Positions 36,150 through 44,145 of a DNA stretch of 56,690 nucleotides are shown in pieces. Origin of the DNA: Candidatus Thalassarchaeum sp. (lineage in GTDB: Archaea; Thermoplasmatota; Poseidoniia; Poseidoniales; Thalassarchaeaceae); the NCBI GenBank assembly GCA_030748335.1, contig JASMMD010000003.1, positions 1-56,690 of the forward strand, given 5' to 3'. The notes under the pieces are model-generated. The model searched no databases, was not told the DNA's origin, and saw nothing but the letters and a program-made list of their open reading frames with translations. Each line of letters starts with the position of its first letter. Within the stretch, counting starts at the first letter, position 1. Made by a program: the position numbers and the translations under genes.

Positions 36150-37487
36150 CTACATCGTACTACTGACATCTGCCACTGCGCCCGGGACGTTCGACGCTAT
36201 TCCCTCGACCATCATCCAGCCATGACCCTTGACTCCATCACCGACGAGGCGAATCCCATCTACCCCCACGTCGGAGGGCAGTTCTGCGCCTTGTGGGGCG
36301 CGGTTGCACGGCCAGTTCCTGTGATAGGTATGGACGCAAAGCTCCTCACCGTGGTCGGCGAGCCACGGGATGGCCTCGTAGAGGTCCTCGCGACCCTTGG
36401 AAATCTCGGACTTCACGCTCGGGTCCGGTACGTACTGGTGCGTGATCATCATGTGCTTGCCTTCGGGTGCTAGACTGGGGTCCGAGAAGGTCGGGATGAC
36501 GTAGCCCCCGACCCTGTCCAAGCCGGGCAGCATGGTCACCCCGCTTCCTCGATGGGGGATGTCGTCATCCAGAGCGAACACGAAGCCGATGCCACCCACG
36601 GCCTGAGTGTCGCGGACCTGCTCCCTGACTCCGTCTGTCACTTCGAAGTCGTCAGAGAGCGCCTTCAGCAGGTTCGGATGGCCGCCGTTGTGGATGATAG
36701 CATCCGCCCCCACCCATACCCCCTCGTCGCGACCGCGACGCCTGACGCCGATGCAGAAGCGATTGCCCTTGGTGGACTCCTCAGCATCTCCGGGCAAGAT
36801 CTCGGTGACCTCGTGGGACAGCTTGACACGGGCCCCGTTCTCGCGCAGGTCGGCCCTCAGGCCGTCGATGACCCCCTTGCATCCTCCTTTGGGCACATGT
36901 GGTCTGTCGCTCCAGAATGAGTTCTGCAGCATCCTCACTACAGTCGAGGCAGGCATCTGCTCGAACCTCAGACTGATGGCGAAGTTGGAGAAGGCATCGA
37001 CAAAGTCGATGAAGTCGGGAGAGAAGTACCTCGACATCCAGGTCTTGCCGTCCTCGGTCTCATTCCCCCATGGCTTCTTGGCCGGCTTCATCAGCAGTCG
37101 CGGCAGGTTCAGCGTGTCCTTGAGGGTGAACCACGGCAGCACACCGTAGATTGAGTTGGCCCGGTACAGCCTGCCGTCCTTAATCTGGCAAGCGAACTTG
37201 GTGGTGGGCAGGAAATCGACCCCGTGCCGACCGAGATTGAGCCCGCCTCTGCTGCGCTTGCCTAGAATCAGTCTAGCGAAAGGTCCCTTTTTTCCATGAG
37301 GAATCATGTGGACAGCGCCGGTGGGAATCTGGAAACCATCGTGATCGTGCTGGGTGAACCTACCTCCGGCGAAGGACATCCTCTCGTACACAGTGACCTC
37401 GTGTTCGCCCGCCTGCGCGAGGCTGGCAGCGGATGCCAGGCCCCCGACACCCGCGCCAATGACTACTGCCTTCCCTGGCTCGCCCAT
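36150..37487 (-). CDS. FAD/NAD(P)-dependent oxidoreductase, phytoene-desaturase-like (COG1233-like)
   Basis: AVVIGAGVGGLASAASLAQAG..VTVYERMSFAGGR N-terminal motif. Length and C-terminal GDGV..G motif fit the amine-oxidase/CrtI superfamily. Substrate unknown. Confidence 0.6.
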   Translation of the reverse strand: MGEPGKAVVIGAGVGGLASAASLAQAGEHEVTVYERMSFAGGRFTQHDHDGFQIPTGAVHMIPHGKKGPFARLILGKRSRGGLNLGRHGVDFLPTTKFACQIKDGRLYRANSIYGVLPWFTLKDTLNLPRLLMKPAKKPWGNETEDGKTWMSRYFSPDFIDFVDAFSNFAISLRFEQMPASTVVRMLQNSFWSDRPHVPKGGCKGVIDGLRADLRENGARVKLSHEVTEILPGDAEESTKGNRFCIGVRRRGRDEGVWVGADAIIHNGGHPNLLKALSDDFEVTDGVREQVRDTQAVGGIGFVFALDDDIPHRGSGVTMLPGLDRVGGYVIPTFSDPSLAPEGKHMMITHQYVPDPSVKSEISKGREDLYEAIPWLADHGEELCVHTYHRNWPCNRAPQGAELPSDVGVDGIRLVGDGVKGHGWMMVEGIASNVPGAVADVSSTM

Positions 37488-37496
37488 CCGTCCACC

Positions 37497-37757
37497 TCAG
37501 GAGTAAACCAACGCTCCTGTCGGACACCAGAGCAGGCACCTCAGACAGTCTGTGCAGTTGTCCTCTATCACTTCGCAAAGACCCTCCACGATGAGAGCAT
37601 CGTCCTTGCAGGCCATCAGGCAGTACGAGCAGCCGACACAGAGCTCGTCGATGACGTTGAGCTTCACTCCGTCAGTGATTGGCCTGTCATGGGTGATGCC
37701 CGACTCCAGCTCCGGAACCGCGCCCGGAGTCGCCTTGCTTCGAAACGCCTCGGCCAC
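37497..37757 (-). CDS. 2x[4Fe-4S] ferredoxin
   Basis: CVGCSYCLMAC and CTDCLRCLLWCP cluster motifs. Lies 9 nt upstream of, and co-directional with, the CrtI-like oxidoreductase. Confidence 0.8.
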   Translation of the reverse strand: MAEAFRSKATPGAVPELESGITHDRPITDGVKLNVIDELCVGCSYCLMACKDDALIVEGLCEVIEDNCTDCLRCLLWCPTGALVYS

Positions 37758-37884
37758 GGCATCCCATTGCCGCCGAGTATTTCAGGTGTTATCCACAGTC
37801 TCGCCACATAGCCAAATCTGCCAGTCCGCCGGTTTCCTGAATAGTGATGATGGGCTCGCGTGCCCCGAGGGCGGGGTGCGTACT

Positions 37885-38346
37885 ATGGACGAGGAGTCGT
37901 GGACGGGGATAGTCGACGTCGGTTCCAAGCCCGTGGTGTCGCGAGAGGCCGTCGCCACCGGGCTGTTGATTCTGTCCGAGGAAGGCCTCGACGTCGTCGC
38001 CAACGGCCGCTCCCCCAAGGGCGATGTCAGGGAGGCATCGACAGTCGCTGCCATACAGGCGGTGAAGGAGACCCCTCGAACCCTGCCTCACTGCCATCCC
38101 ATCCCCATCGAGGGCTGTACTGTCGATTGGAGGGTCGAGGAGAACGGACTGCGCTGCACTGTCTCCGTACGCACTCACTGGACCACCGGTGTGGAGATGG
38201 AGGCTTTGTGCGGTGTCAATGCAGGTCTGCTGTGCGCATGGGACATGCTCAAGCCTATCGAGAAGGATCCTCAGGGCCAGTATCCGACTTCTAGGATGGA
38301 AGGGATCCGGGTTTTGCGAAAGAGCAAGGGCGACCCGCATGATTGA
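37885..38346 (+). CDS. moaC: Cyclic pyranopterin monophosphate synthase accessory protein MoaC
   Basis: VDVGSKPVVSREAVATG.., HPIPIEG.., TTGVEMEALCGVNAGLLCAWDMLK. Start set to the ATG at 37885; the longer ORF-track N-terminus overlaps the ferredoxin gene in antisense. Confidence 0.85.
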   Translation: MDEESWTGIVDVGSKPVVSREAVATGLLILSEEGLDVVANGRSPKGDVREASTVAAIQAVKETPRTLPHCHPIPIEGCTVDWRVEENGLRCTVSVRTHWTTGVEMEALCGVNAGLLCAWDMLKPIEKDPQGQYPTSRMEGIRVLRKSKGDPHD

Positions 38347-39318
38347 ATGCTGAGGCGTATTCGGCGAAGCGTGGCAACCACCGACCTCGTCCAGCACTTC
38401 CTGCAGGCGACCGAGGCTGCGGCTGTAGCGGCCTCGGCGTGGAGAGGTCTGGGTGACCGAAAGGCCGCGGACGGAGCAGCCGTTGAGGCAATGCGCGAGG
38501 TGTTCGACAGCGTTCCCTTCGACGGACGCGTCGCAATCGGTGAGGGTGAGCGCGACGACGCCCCGATGCTGTGGATCGGGGAACCCCTCGGGTCGATGCA
38601 GGGCGTACCCCACGCACCTTCCATCGACATCGCAGTCGATCCACTGGAGTGCACCAATCACGTCGCACTCGATCTCCCCAACGCAATGGCGGTCCTAGCA
38701 GCAGCTCCTCGTGGCAGTCTGCTACACGCTCCCGACTGCTACATGGACAAGATAGCCGGACCTGCAGCCCTCACGGGAGAGGTCAGCCTAGAGGCCGACA
38801 CCTCGTACAATGTCGAGGCCGCCGCCGCCGCCCTCGCCAAGCCACCCTCGCAACTGCGAGTGGTGGTCATGGACAGACCGAGACACGAGCAGCTGATACG
38901 CGAGTTGAAGCAGCACGATGTGGATATAGTGCTCATCGGAGACGGCGATATCGCCGCTGCCCTCAACGCCGCCGACCCCAACTCTGACATCGACATGCTG
39001 ATGGGGATAGGGGCTGCCCCTGAGGGGGTAATCACGGCGACTGCCCTGAGGGGCTTGAAGGCCCCATTCGAGGGGCGGCTTGTATTCAAGAATGAGGGCC
39101 ACCGCGAGCGCGCCGAGGCCATGATTGAGGATGACGTGGACAGGCTCTGGGGTCGCGACGAGCTCTGCTCCTCGGATGACTCCGTTTTCATCGGCTCGGG
39201 GGTCTGTCCCGGCCGGACCCGAGGCGTCGAGCAAACTGAGGACGGCAGGCACTCGATTCACTCTGAGGTGATAGATGTGAAATCCGGTGAGCACTACTTC
39301 GTGTCCTCGGTGCGATGA
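38347..39318 (+). CDS. glpX: Fructose-1,6-bisphosphatase class II (GlpX type)
   Basis: Motifs AAVEAMREVF, GEGERDDAPML, IDIAVDPLECTN, YMDKIAGP, GIGAAPEGVITA. The ATG immediately follows the moaC stop. Confidence 0.88.
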   Translation: MLRRIRRSVATTDLVQHFLQATEAAAVAASAWRGLGDRKAADGAAVEAMREVFDSVPFDGRVAIGEGERDDAPMLWIGEPLGSMQGVPHAPSIDIAVDPLECTNHVALDLPNAMAVLAAAPRGSLLHAPDCYMDKIAGPAALTGEVSLEADTSYNVEAAAAALAKPPSQLRVVVMDRPRHEQLIRELKQHDVDIVLIGDGDIAAALNAADPNSDIDMLMGIGAAPEGVITATALRGLKAPFEGRLVFKNEGHRERAEAMIEDDVDRLWGRDELCSSDDSVFIGSGVCPGRTRGVEQTEDGRHSIHSEVIDVKSGEHYFVSSVR

Positions 39319-40379
39319 GTTCTTCTCCTACTACCCTCACGTGGGCACGAGGTCAGAGGATGGACACCGAACTGCTAGAGAGGACCGCTAGTGAGTTGGT
39401 GGCGCCGGGTAAGGGGATACTTGCTGCAGATGAGAGCAACGGTACGATGTCAAAGAGATTGGCTGCCGTCGGGGTCGACCCCTCTTCCGAGACTCGACGC
39501 TCCTACCGCGCCAATCTACTCTCTACAGATGGATACGAGTCCGCAGTCGGCGGCGTGATTCTGTTCGACGAGACAATCAGGCAGAGCATGGACGATGGCA
39601 CCCCAATCGCTGAGGCGCTGAACTCCCGGGGAATCCATCCAGGCATCAAGGTCGACACCGGGGCTAAGGAACTCGCTAACCATCCCGGTGAGAAGATTAC
39701 AGAGGGCCTCGATGGGCTCAGGGAGCGCTGCGAGGAGTACTTCGAGATGGGCGCACGTTTTGCCAAGTGGAGAGCCGTCATTCGAATCGACGACGGGATG
39801 CCGAGCGCTGCATGCGTATCCACCAACGCGCACGCCCTAGCTCGATACGCTGCGATTTGCCAGGAGCAGGGATTGGTCCCGATTATCGAACCCGAGGTGC
39901 TGATGGACGGCACCCACGACGCGCAACGCTGCTACGACGTGACTGCCGAGATCCTCGATGCGACATTCGCCGCCTGTACTGAGCAAGGCGTCCATATCCC
40001 CGGGGCCCTGCTCAAGCCAAACATGATTATCGCTGGTAACGACTGCACGGACCAGACCTCACGTGAGGAGGTGGCTAGACTGACCGTAGACTGCCTGACC
40101 AACCACGTCCCGCACAATCTCCCCGGAATCGTCTTCCTATCAGGCGGTCAGTCCGATGAGGATGCCACAGCACACCTCAATCTGATGAACCAGATGAACG
40201 TCGATCATCCATGGCAACTCTCCTATTCGTACGGCAGGGCGCTGCAGGCCCACGCGCTTAGGACATGGGCCGAGGGTGGCGCCGAGTCGGCAGCCGCCAG
40301 CCGCAGTATGTTCGCTCACCGGGCTAGCATGAACAGCTTGGCTAGGAGTGGTGACTGGAGCCTCGACCTAGAGGCCTAA
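39315..40379 (+). CDS. fba: Fructose-bisphosphate aldolase, class I (classical Schiff-base type)
   Basis: Motifs GKGILAADESNGTMSKRL, the LLKPNM Schiff-base Lys region, FLSGGQSDEDATAHLN, LSYSYGRALQ. ATGA overlap with the glpX stop. Confidence 0.9.
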   Translation: MSSSPTTLTWARGQRMDTELLERTASELVAPGKGILAADESNGTMSKRLAAVGVDPSSETRRSYRANLLSTDGYESAVGGVILFDETIRQSMDDGTPIAEALNSRGIHPGIKVDTGAKELANHPGEKITEGLDGLRERCEEYFEMGARFAKWRAVIRIDDGMPSAACVSTNAHALARYAAICQEQGLVPIIEPEVLMDGTHDAQRCYDVTAEILDATFAACTEQGVHIPGALLKPNMIIAGNDCTDQTSREEVARLTVDCLTNHVPHNLPGIVFLSGGQSDEDATAHLNLMNQMNVDHPWQLSYSYGRALQAHALRTWAEGGAESAAASRSMFAHRASMNSLARSGDWSLDLEA

Positions 40380-40631
40380 TCAGTTGTCGTCCAGCGCCCC
40401 CGGCCTCAGTTGCCAGACACAGATCTCGTAGCGTCCGGACAGCGCACCGCCGCGCTTGGTCGTTGCGACCTTCATGATGTCCTTGTCCTTGGACAGGACA
40501 TTCCCCAGTTGTTGGGGCGTTGTGCCGTGACGCATGGTCGAGTTCACGTGCTCGAGAATCTCCGTGGTATTCGCCTCTCCCCTGTCGTCTAGGAACTTCT
40601 TTATCTTCTGCCGTAGTCTTGTTGTCCTCAT
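40380..40631 (-). CDS. Small (83 aa) winged-helix-like protein, paralog A
   Basis: Predicted helix-helix-recognition helix-wing layout (RLRQKIKKFLDD / TTEILEHV / TPQQLGNVLSKDKD / IMKVATTKRGG..YEICVWQL). Alignable with the neighbouring 88-aa ORF. Confidence 0.55.
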   Translation of the reverse strand: MRTTRLRQKIKKFLDDRGEANTTEILEHVNSTMRHGTTPQQLGNVLSKDKDIMKVATTKRGGALSGRYEICVWQLRPGALDDN

Positions 40632-40642
40632 CTGTATCTCTC

Positions 40643-40909
40643 CTAATCTCTCTCAGGCTTGGCACGCTCGTGGTGCCTTACCCACTCCTCGGTCGCCCAT
40701 TCCGATAGTGGGGGGGTGCTGCCGGTCATCCCACTCTTGCGAACCGTGCCGATTCGAACGATATTCGAATCCGACTCCATCAGGGATGTGAGATCCAAGC
40801 TTCCCGAGTATCCTTCCTGACCAGCCAGCCAGGCTGCTATCTCAGCACTGTTCCTTGGCTGCTCGGAGAGGTACTTGCGAATGACGAGTCGGATTTTTTC
40901 CGCTTCCAT
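40643..40909 (-). CDS. Small (88 aa) winged-helix-like protein, paralog B
   Basis: KIRLVIRKYLSEQPRNSAEIAAWL..SNIVRIGTVRKSGMTGS has the same layout as paralog A. The two are tandem with an 11-nt spacer. Confidence 0.55.
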   Translation of the reverse strand: MEAEKIRLVIRKYLSEQPRNSAEIAAWLAGQEGYSGSLDLTSLMESDSNIVRIGTVRKSGMTGSTPPLSEWATEEWVRHHERAKPERD

Positions 40910-41163
40910 CTGTTATTCCTCAGCACGCTCTCGGGTCCGATAGTCGGCCCGATGCGCATAGGATGGCGGGCGCTGATATAACCGTTCTGCACGAAATCAC
41001 ACTTTTTCGTTACAGATAGTTGCTAGAAAACGGGTTGTTTTCAAGATTGAACCAAGTGCGAAAATGAAACTGATACATTCTCCATAGGAAATATGTAATC
41101 AAATGTAACAAAATAAGATAATATAATACACCAACATTACTTAGATGTATTGAGAGGTGGTGT
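40910..41163. other. Strongly AT-rich intergenic island (divergent promoter region; possible DNA-unwinding/origin-like or xenogeneic remnant)
   Basis: By eye roughly one third G+C against a clearly GC-rich background. Contains TCTCCATAGGAAAT (mini-ORB-like dyad TCCA..GGAA), direct repeat ATGTAA(T/C)CAAATGTAAC, inverted GTTACA...TGTAAC, TATA-like AAGATAATATAATA, and GAGGTGG before the GTG start at 41164. Confidence 0.4.
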
Positions 41164-43785
41164 GTGGTGTCAGAGGAACCCCCCGGGGCGCAGAAACCGG
41201 ATTACTCCGACAGTGCTTGGAAAATCCGTAGCAAGCACCGTAGGAGGCTGTTGGACCGACTCACTGAGGGTGGCGCCACGGTCAGCGAACTGGCTCGGGA
41301 CGCAGATCTCAGAGTCCCTCATGCTTCAGCCGAGATAAAACGTCTGAGAACCGATGGACTGGTCTCCAGTGATCTATCTGCAGGGAGTCGCGGAGCCAAG
41401 ATACACCTCACCGAGTCAGGCTGGGAGTCAGTGAGGGCCGACGAGTGGGCGAGGGCATCCGGGGCCTCCCCTATGCCCGATGACTCGAGCATGTGCTGCC
41501 TGTTGTCACGCGACGGACCGAACCTTTTGCTGGGCATGATGGAAACTCGCGACTCTCCACTGTTGCTGATTCCCGATCGCCCCCCGGTCCCGATACCTGG
41601 GGATTCCGGGTCCACCGGAAGCGATGGGGTCCCTTGGAGCTGGGCGGTGCTGAGGGAGAGGAATCCACGATGGTTCGACCTCTCGTCGATGGAGCCCAAG
41701 CCCAATCCCCCTCCTCCCTCAGACCCTGAGAACATAGACGCTTATTCGGGAGAGCGCACCGTGGTCGGGATAATCCGGGCGCGCCTGCTCGACGCCGAGC
41801 GACCGATAGCGATAGCACCAGGGCAGTGGTTCTCGACCCCGGACTTCCGACCCGCGCCCCCGTTGCCGGAGAGGGAATACCACAGGGGACAGTGGGTTCT
41901 TGGCTCGTGCCACGAAATGTCACCGGAGATTAGGCCGAAGGAGCCTGTCGTCGCAGTGATGGAAGACATGCTACCGCGATCCATGCTTCTTAGGACGGCT
42001 AGGATTAACTCGCTCGTCATCGCGGACCTAGGGGGTTTGGACACCGAGGGCGACCCCTATCCTCTAGCAGCCCTCGACCCCTGGATAGAGAGCGCTCATC
42101 CGCGCCTGAGCGATGCTGAGAGGAGGCGCAGACTGGGGGCATTGAGGGATAGGGTCAGCAAGTCCCGGAAGGTCAGGACCGAAGACTCCACCTGGCGGCG
42201 GTTCAGGAGGGACTGGGGCGAGTCCACCTTCACTGAGGAAACCGACTCGATTAGCGTACTGGACTTGAGAGGTCTGAGAGGTTCCGCTGCCGAGGCACTC
42301 ATCAGATGGGCGGTCAACGACGATGCCAAACCTCCTCTCACCGTGGAAGTCGGCTCGGATGTGTCCGACGAACTGGTCTCCTCGATCGCCTCCCACTCCA
42401 ACCTCCGACTCGCCCTCCTAGGGAGCGAGGCAACCGCCTTCGCCGGCTTCGACAGACTAGATCCCGACCCCCTCAGGCCACTGCCTTGGCTACGCTTCAC
42501 CACGAAGGGAGGGAGTGTACTGCCGATGCGACTGGTCGAACCCGCACAGGCACCGGTGCACCCGGGCGGTGGAGAGGCCGTGGAACCGGATTGGCATTCG
42601 TTGGGGGTGGAAGTCGAGGCGCTCGGAGAGATAGACGAAGGCCATCTCTCAGTCATCAACTCGGCCATGGCACAGCATCCTAGCGGCAACGAGGAGTGGG
42701 CTAACCAGATGGAGGCCAAGTACCCGATAGCAGCTTGGATCGCCTCCCCCGCTAGCACTAGGTGGCCACGCTGGCAGAGGCTCAGGAATCGCCTCAGCTC
42801 AGAGTGGCTGGTTCTAATGGACATGGATGATCTCCCCCTAGAGAGACTATCCGAGGTCGCCGACGAGGCATCCGATACTGTGCTGCAGGAATTCGCGACA
42901 AAAATCGCCAGTAGACTGAGGACGGATTCCGAGGCGGCTCTAAGGACTAGGCCGGCCACGGATCCGAAGGAAGCCACTCGTGGGACCTCATGGGTGGCAG
43001 CTCAAATGCTGTCTAACGCCCCTTGGTTGCCAGAGCACATGCACTCCGATTTACTCAGCTGGGCACTGGAGGCGTGGCTCTCGAATCCCCCTAGCGATTC
43101 GATGCCAGCCCTGCAGGGCGTCGCGTGGCTACACTCCTCGGGATGGAGTGACGAAACCACCTTCAGGCCAGTACTGGAGGGGATTCGAAGCAAGGGCAGA
43201 GAGTCGCCGGCAGGTCACGACCTGCACACTTGGGCCAATCTCGCAGACATAATCCTAGACGACTTGGAGATTGGGCCGGGTGACTTGGAAGGCATACTGG
43301 AACTGCCTCCTGGATGGTGGGCACCAATCTCTGTCAGGATTCTCTCAGGCCTGTTGGAGGAGGAGGGTACTACGGAATGGGTCATAGCCAATCCGGTGCC
43401 ATGGTGCGCGGCGGTACTGCGCCCCGTAGGGGATCGCTGCGAGGCACCCGGACTACGTTCATTCGAGCACCCCGGATGTGACTCGGAGCTTCACTCACAC
43501 CTGTCCCGCAGGCTGAGGGGCCGACGCGAGCGCGCAGGCCTGCCCGAGAGCGCCGACCCACTGCTCGACCTGCTGGATGCCTTGGACGCTGTGAACGACT
43601 CGCGCCCCCCTCCCCAGGGACGGACCCACCCACTGTCGGGTTGGCTAGCCCAACCTCTTGAGAAATGGCCGGATTTCTCATCGACGGAGGCCATGGATGG
43701 CGATGCCCATATCGCAGAGAGACTCTTGCTGAGAAGCTCTGGTTACCATACGGGAATCGTCCCAGCCACTTCGATTTCGGGATGA
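41164..43785 (+). CDS. Large (873 aa) orphan protein with an N-terminal ArsR/TrmB-like wHTH
   Basis: RRRLLDRLTEGGATVSELARDADLRVPHASAEIKRLRTDGLVSS is a convincing wHTH. The remaining ~790 aa show no motif I recognise: no P-loop, no nuclease or metal motif, and a Trp/Pro/Arg-rich composition. Confidence 0.6.
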   Translation: MVSEEPPGAQKPDYSDSAWKIRSKHRRRLLDRLTEGGATVSELARDADLRVPHASAEIKRLRTDGLVSSDLSAGSRGAKIHLTESGWESVRADEWARASGASPMPDDSSMCCLLSRDGPNLLLGMMETRDSPLLLIPDRPPVPIPGDSGSTGSDGVPWSWAVLRERNPRWFDLSSMEPKPNPPPPSDPENIDAYSGERTVVGIIRARLLDAERPIAIAPGQWFSTPDFRPAPPLPEREYHRGQWVLGSCHEMSPEIRPKEPVVAVMEDMLPRSMLLRTARINSLVIADLGGLDTEGDPYPLAALDPWIESAHPRLSDAERRRRLGALRDRVSKSRKVRTEDSTWRRFRRDWGESTFTEETDSISVLDLRGLRGSAAEALIRWAVNDDAKPPLTVEVGSDVSDELVSSIASHSNLRLALLGSEATAFAGFDRLDPDPLRPLPWLRFTTKGGSVLPMRLVEPAQAPVHPGGGEAVEPDWHSLGVEVEALGEIDEGHLSVINSAMAQHPSGNEEWANQMEAKYPIAAWIASPASTRWPRWQRLRNRLSSEWLVLMDMDDLPLERLSEVADEASDTVLQEFATKIASRLRTDSEAALRTRPATDPKEATRGTSWVAAQMLSNAPWLPEHMHSDLLSWALEAWLSNPPSDSMPALQGVAWLHSSGWSDETTFRPVLEGIRSKGRESPAGHDLHTWANLADIILDDLEIGPGDLEGILELPPGWWAPISVRILSGLLEEEGTTEWVIANPVPWCAAVLRPVGDRCEAPGLRSFEHPGCDSELHSHLSRRLRGRRERAGLPESADPLLDLLDALDAVNDSRPPPQGRTHPLSGWLAQPLEKWPDFSSTEAMDGDAHIAERLLLRSSGYHTGIVPATSISG

Positions 43786-43797
43786 AATCCCGGTTTT
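43778..43797 (+). terminator. Hairpin CGGGA-TGAAA-TCCCG followed by GTTTT, overlapping the stop codon of the 873-aa gene
   Basis: Read directly. Archaeal termination typically uses T-tracts, but this hairpin is short. Confidence 0.3.
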
Positions 43798-44145
43798 CAG
43801 CGACCGAGGGGTTCTTGACCACCTCCAATGGCCGATGTATGCCCGAGCTGCAACACCGTGGCGACGAAGCCCCCCGCTGGAGGAATAGGATGAATCACGG
43901 TACCAAGCTCGGGTCACCACTTGTCGAAGACCAGTGTGACCAGCTGCAACGGAATGATCACTGGAGCAAAACAAGTGGACGGATTGTGTTAGGTCCCCGG
44001 ATGACTGAAAGGAATGAATCAAGGGACTACCCCACAATTCGACAGACGTCCCGGGGTGGGTCAGGAGCCCGAGCTTCGCTGTGAAGGCCTCCGTTACGCC
44101 CCGGGGCACACACTCTAATTGTCCACAAGAAGAGGCGGGAATCTA

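Noticed and set aside
37552-37884. Long N-terminal extension of the moaC ORF, and the 290-aa minus ORF 37789..38661
   Set aside because: The extension is antisense to the ferredoxin gene and lacks MoaC similarity. The minus ORF is antisense to moaC/glpX, with an Arg/Gly/Pro-rich translation.
40910-41163. AT-rich island as a mobile-element insertion
   Set aside because: There are no flanking terminal inverted or direct repeats, no transposase or integrase gene, and no tRNA target nearby. Composition alone is insufficient.
43665-44109. ORFs 43665..44084 (+) and 43678..44109 (-) as ordinary protein genes
   Set aside because: Both overlap the 3' end of the 873-aa gene and each other. Both encode basic, Ser/Arg/Gly-rich sequences unlike the acidic proteome. 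I kept only the possibility of a short ATGA-coupled ORF, reported as a finding.
43786-44118. RNase P RNA or SRP (7S) RNA in the 330-bp gap
   Set aside because: I looked for GAAAGUCC/ACAGAA-type RNase P conserved regions and for the SRP helix-8 GGAA tetraloop with AGCA motif on both strands. I found only loose resemblances (GAAGCUCGGGCUCC, AGAACCCCUCGG) that cannot form a P4-like pairing.
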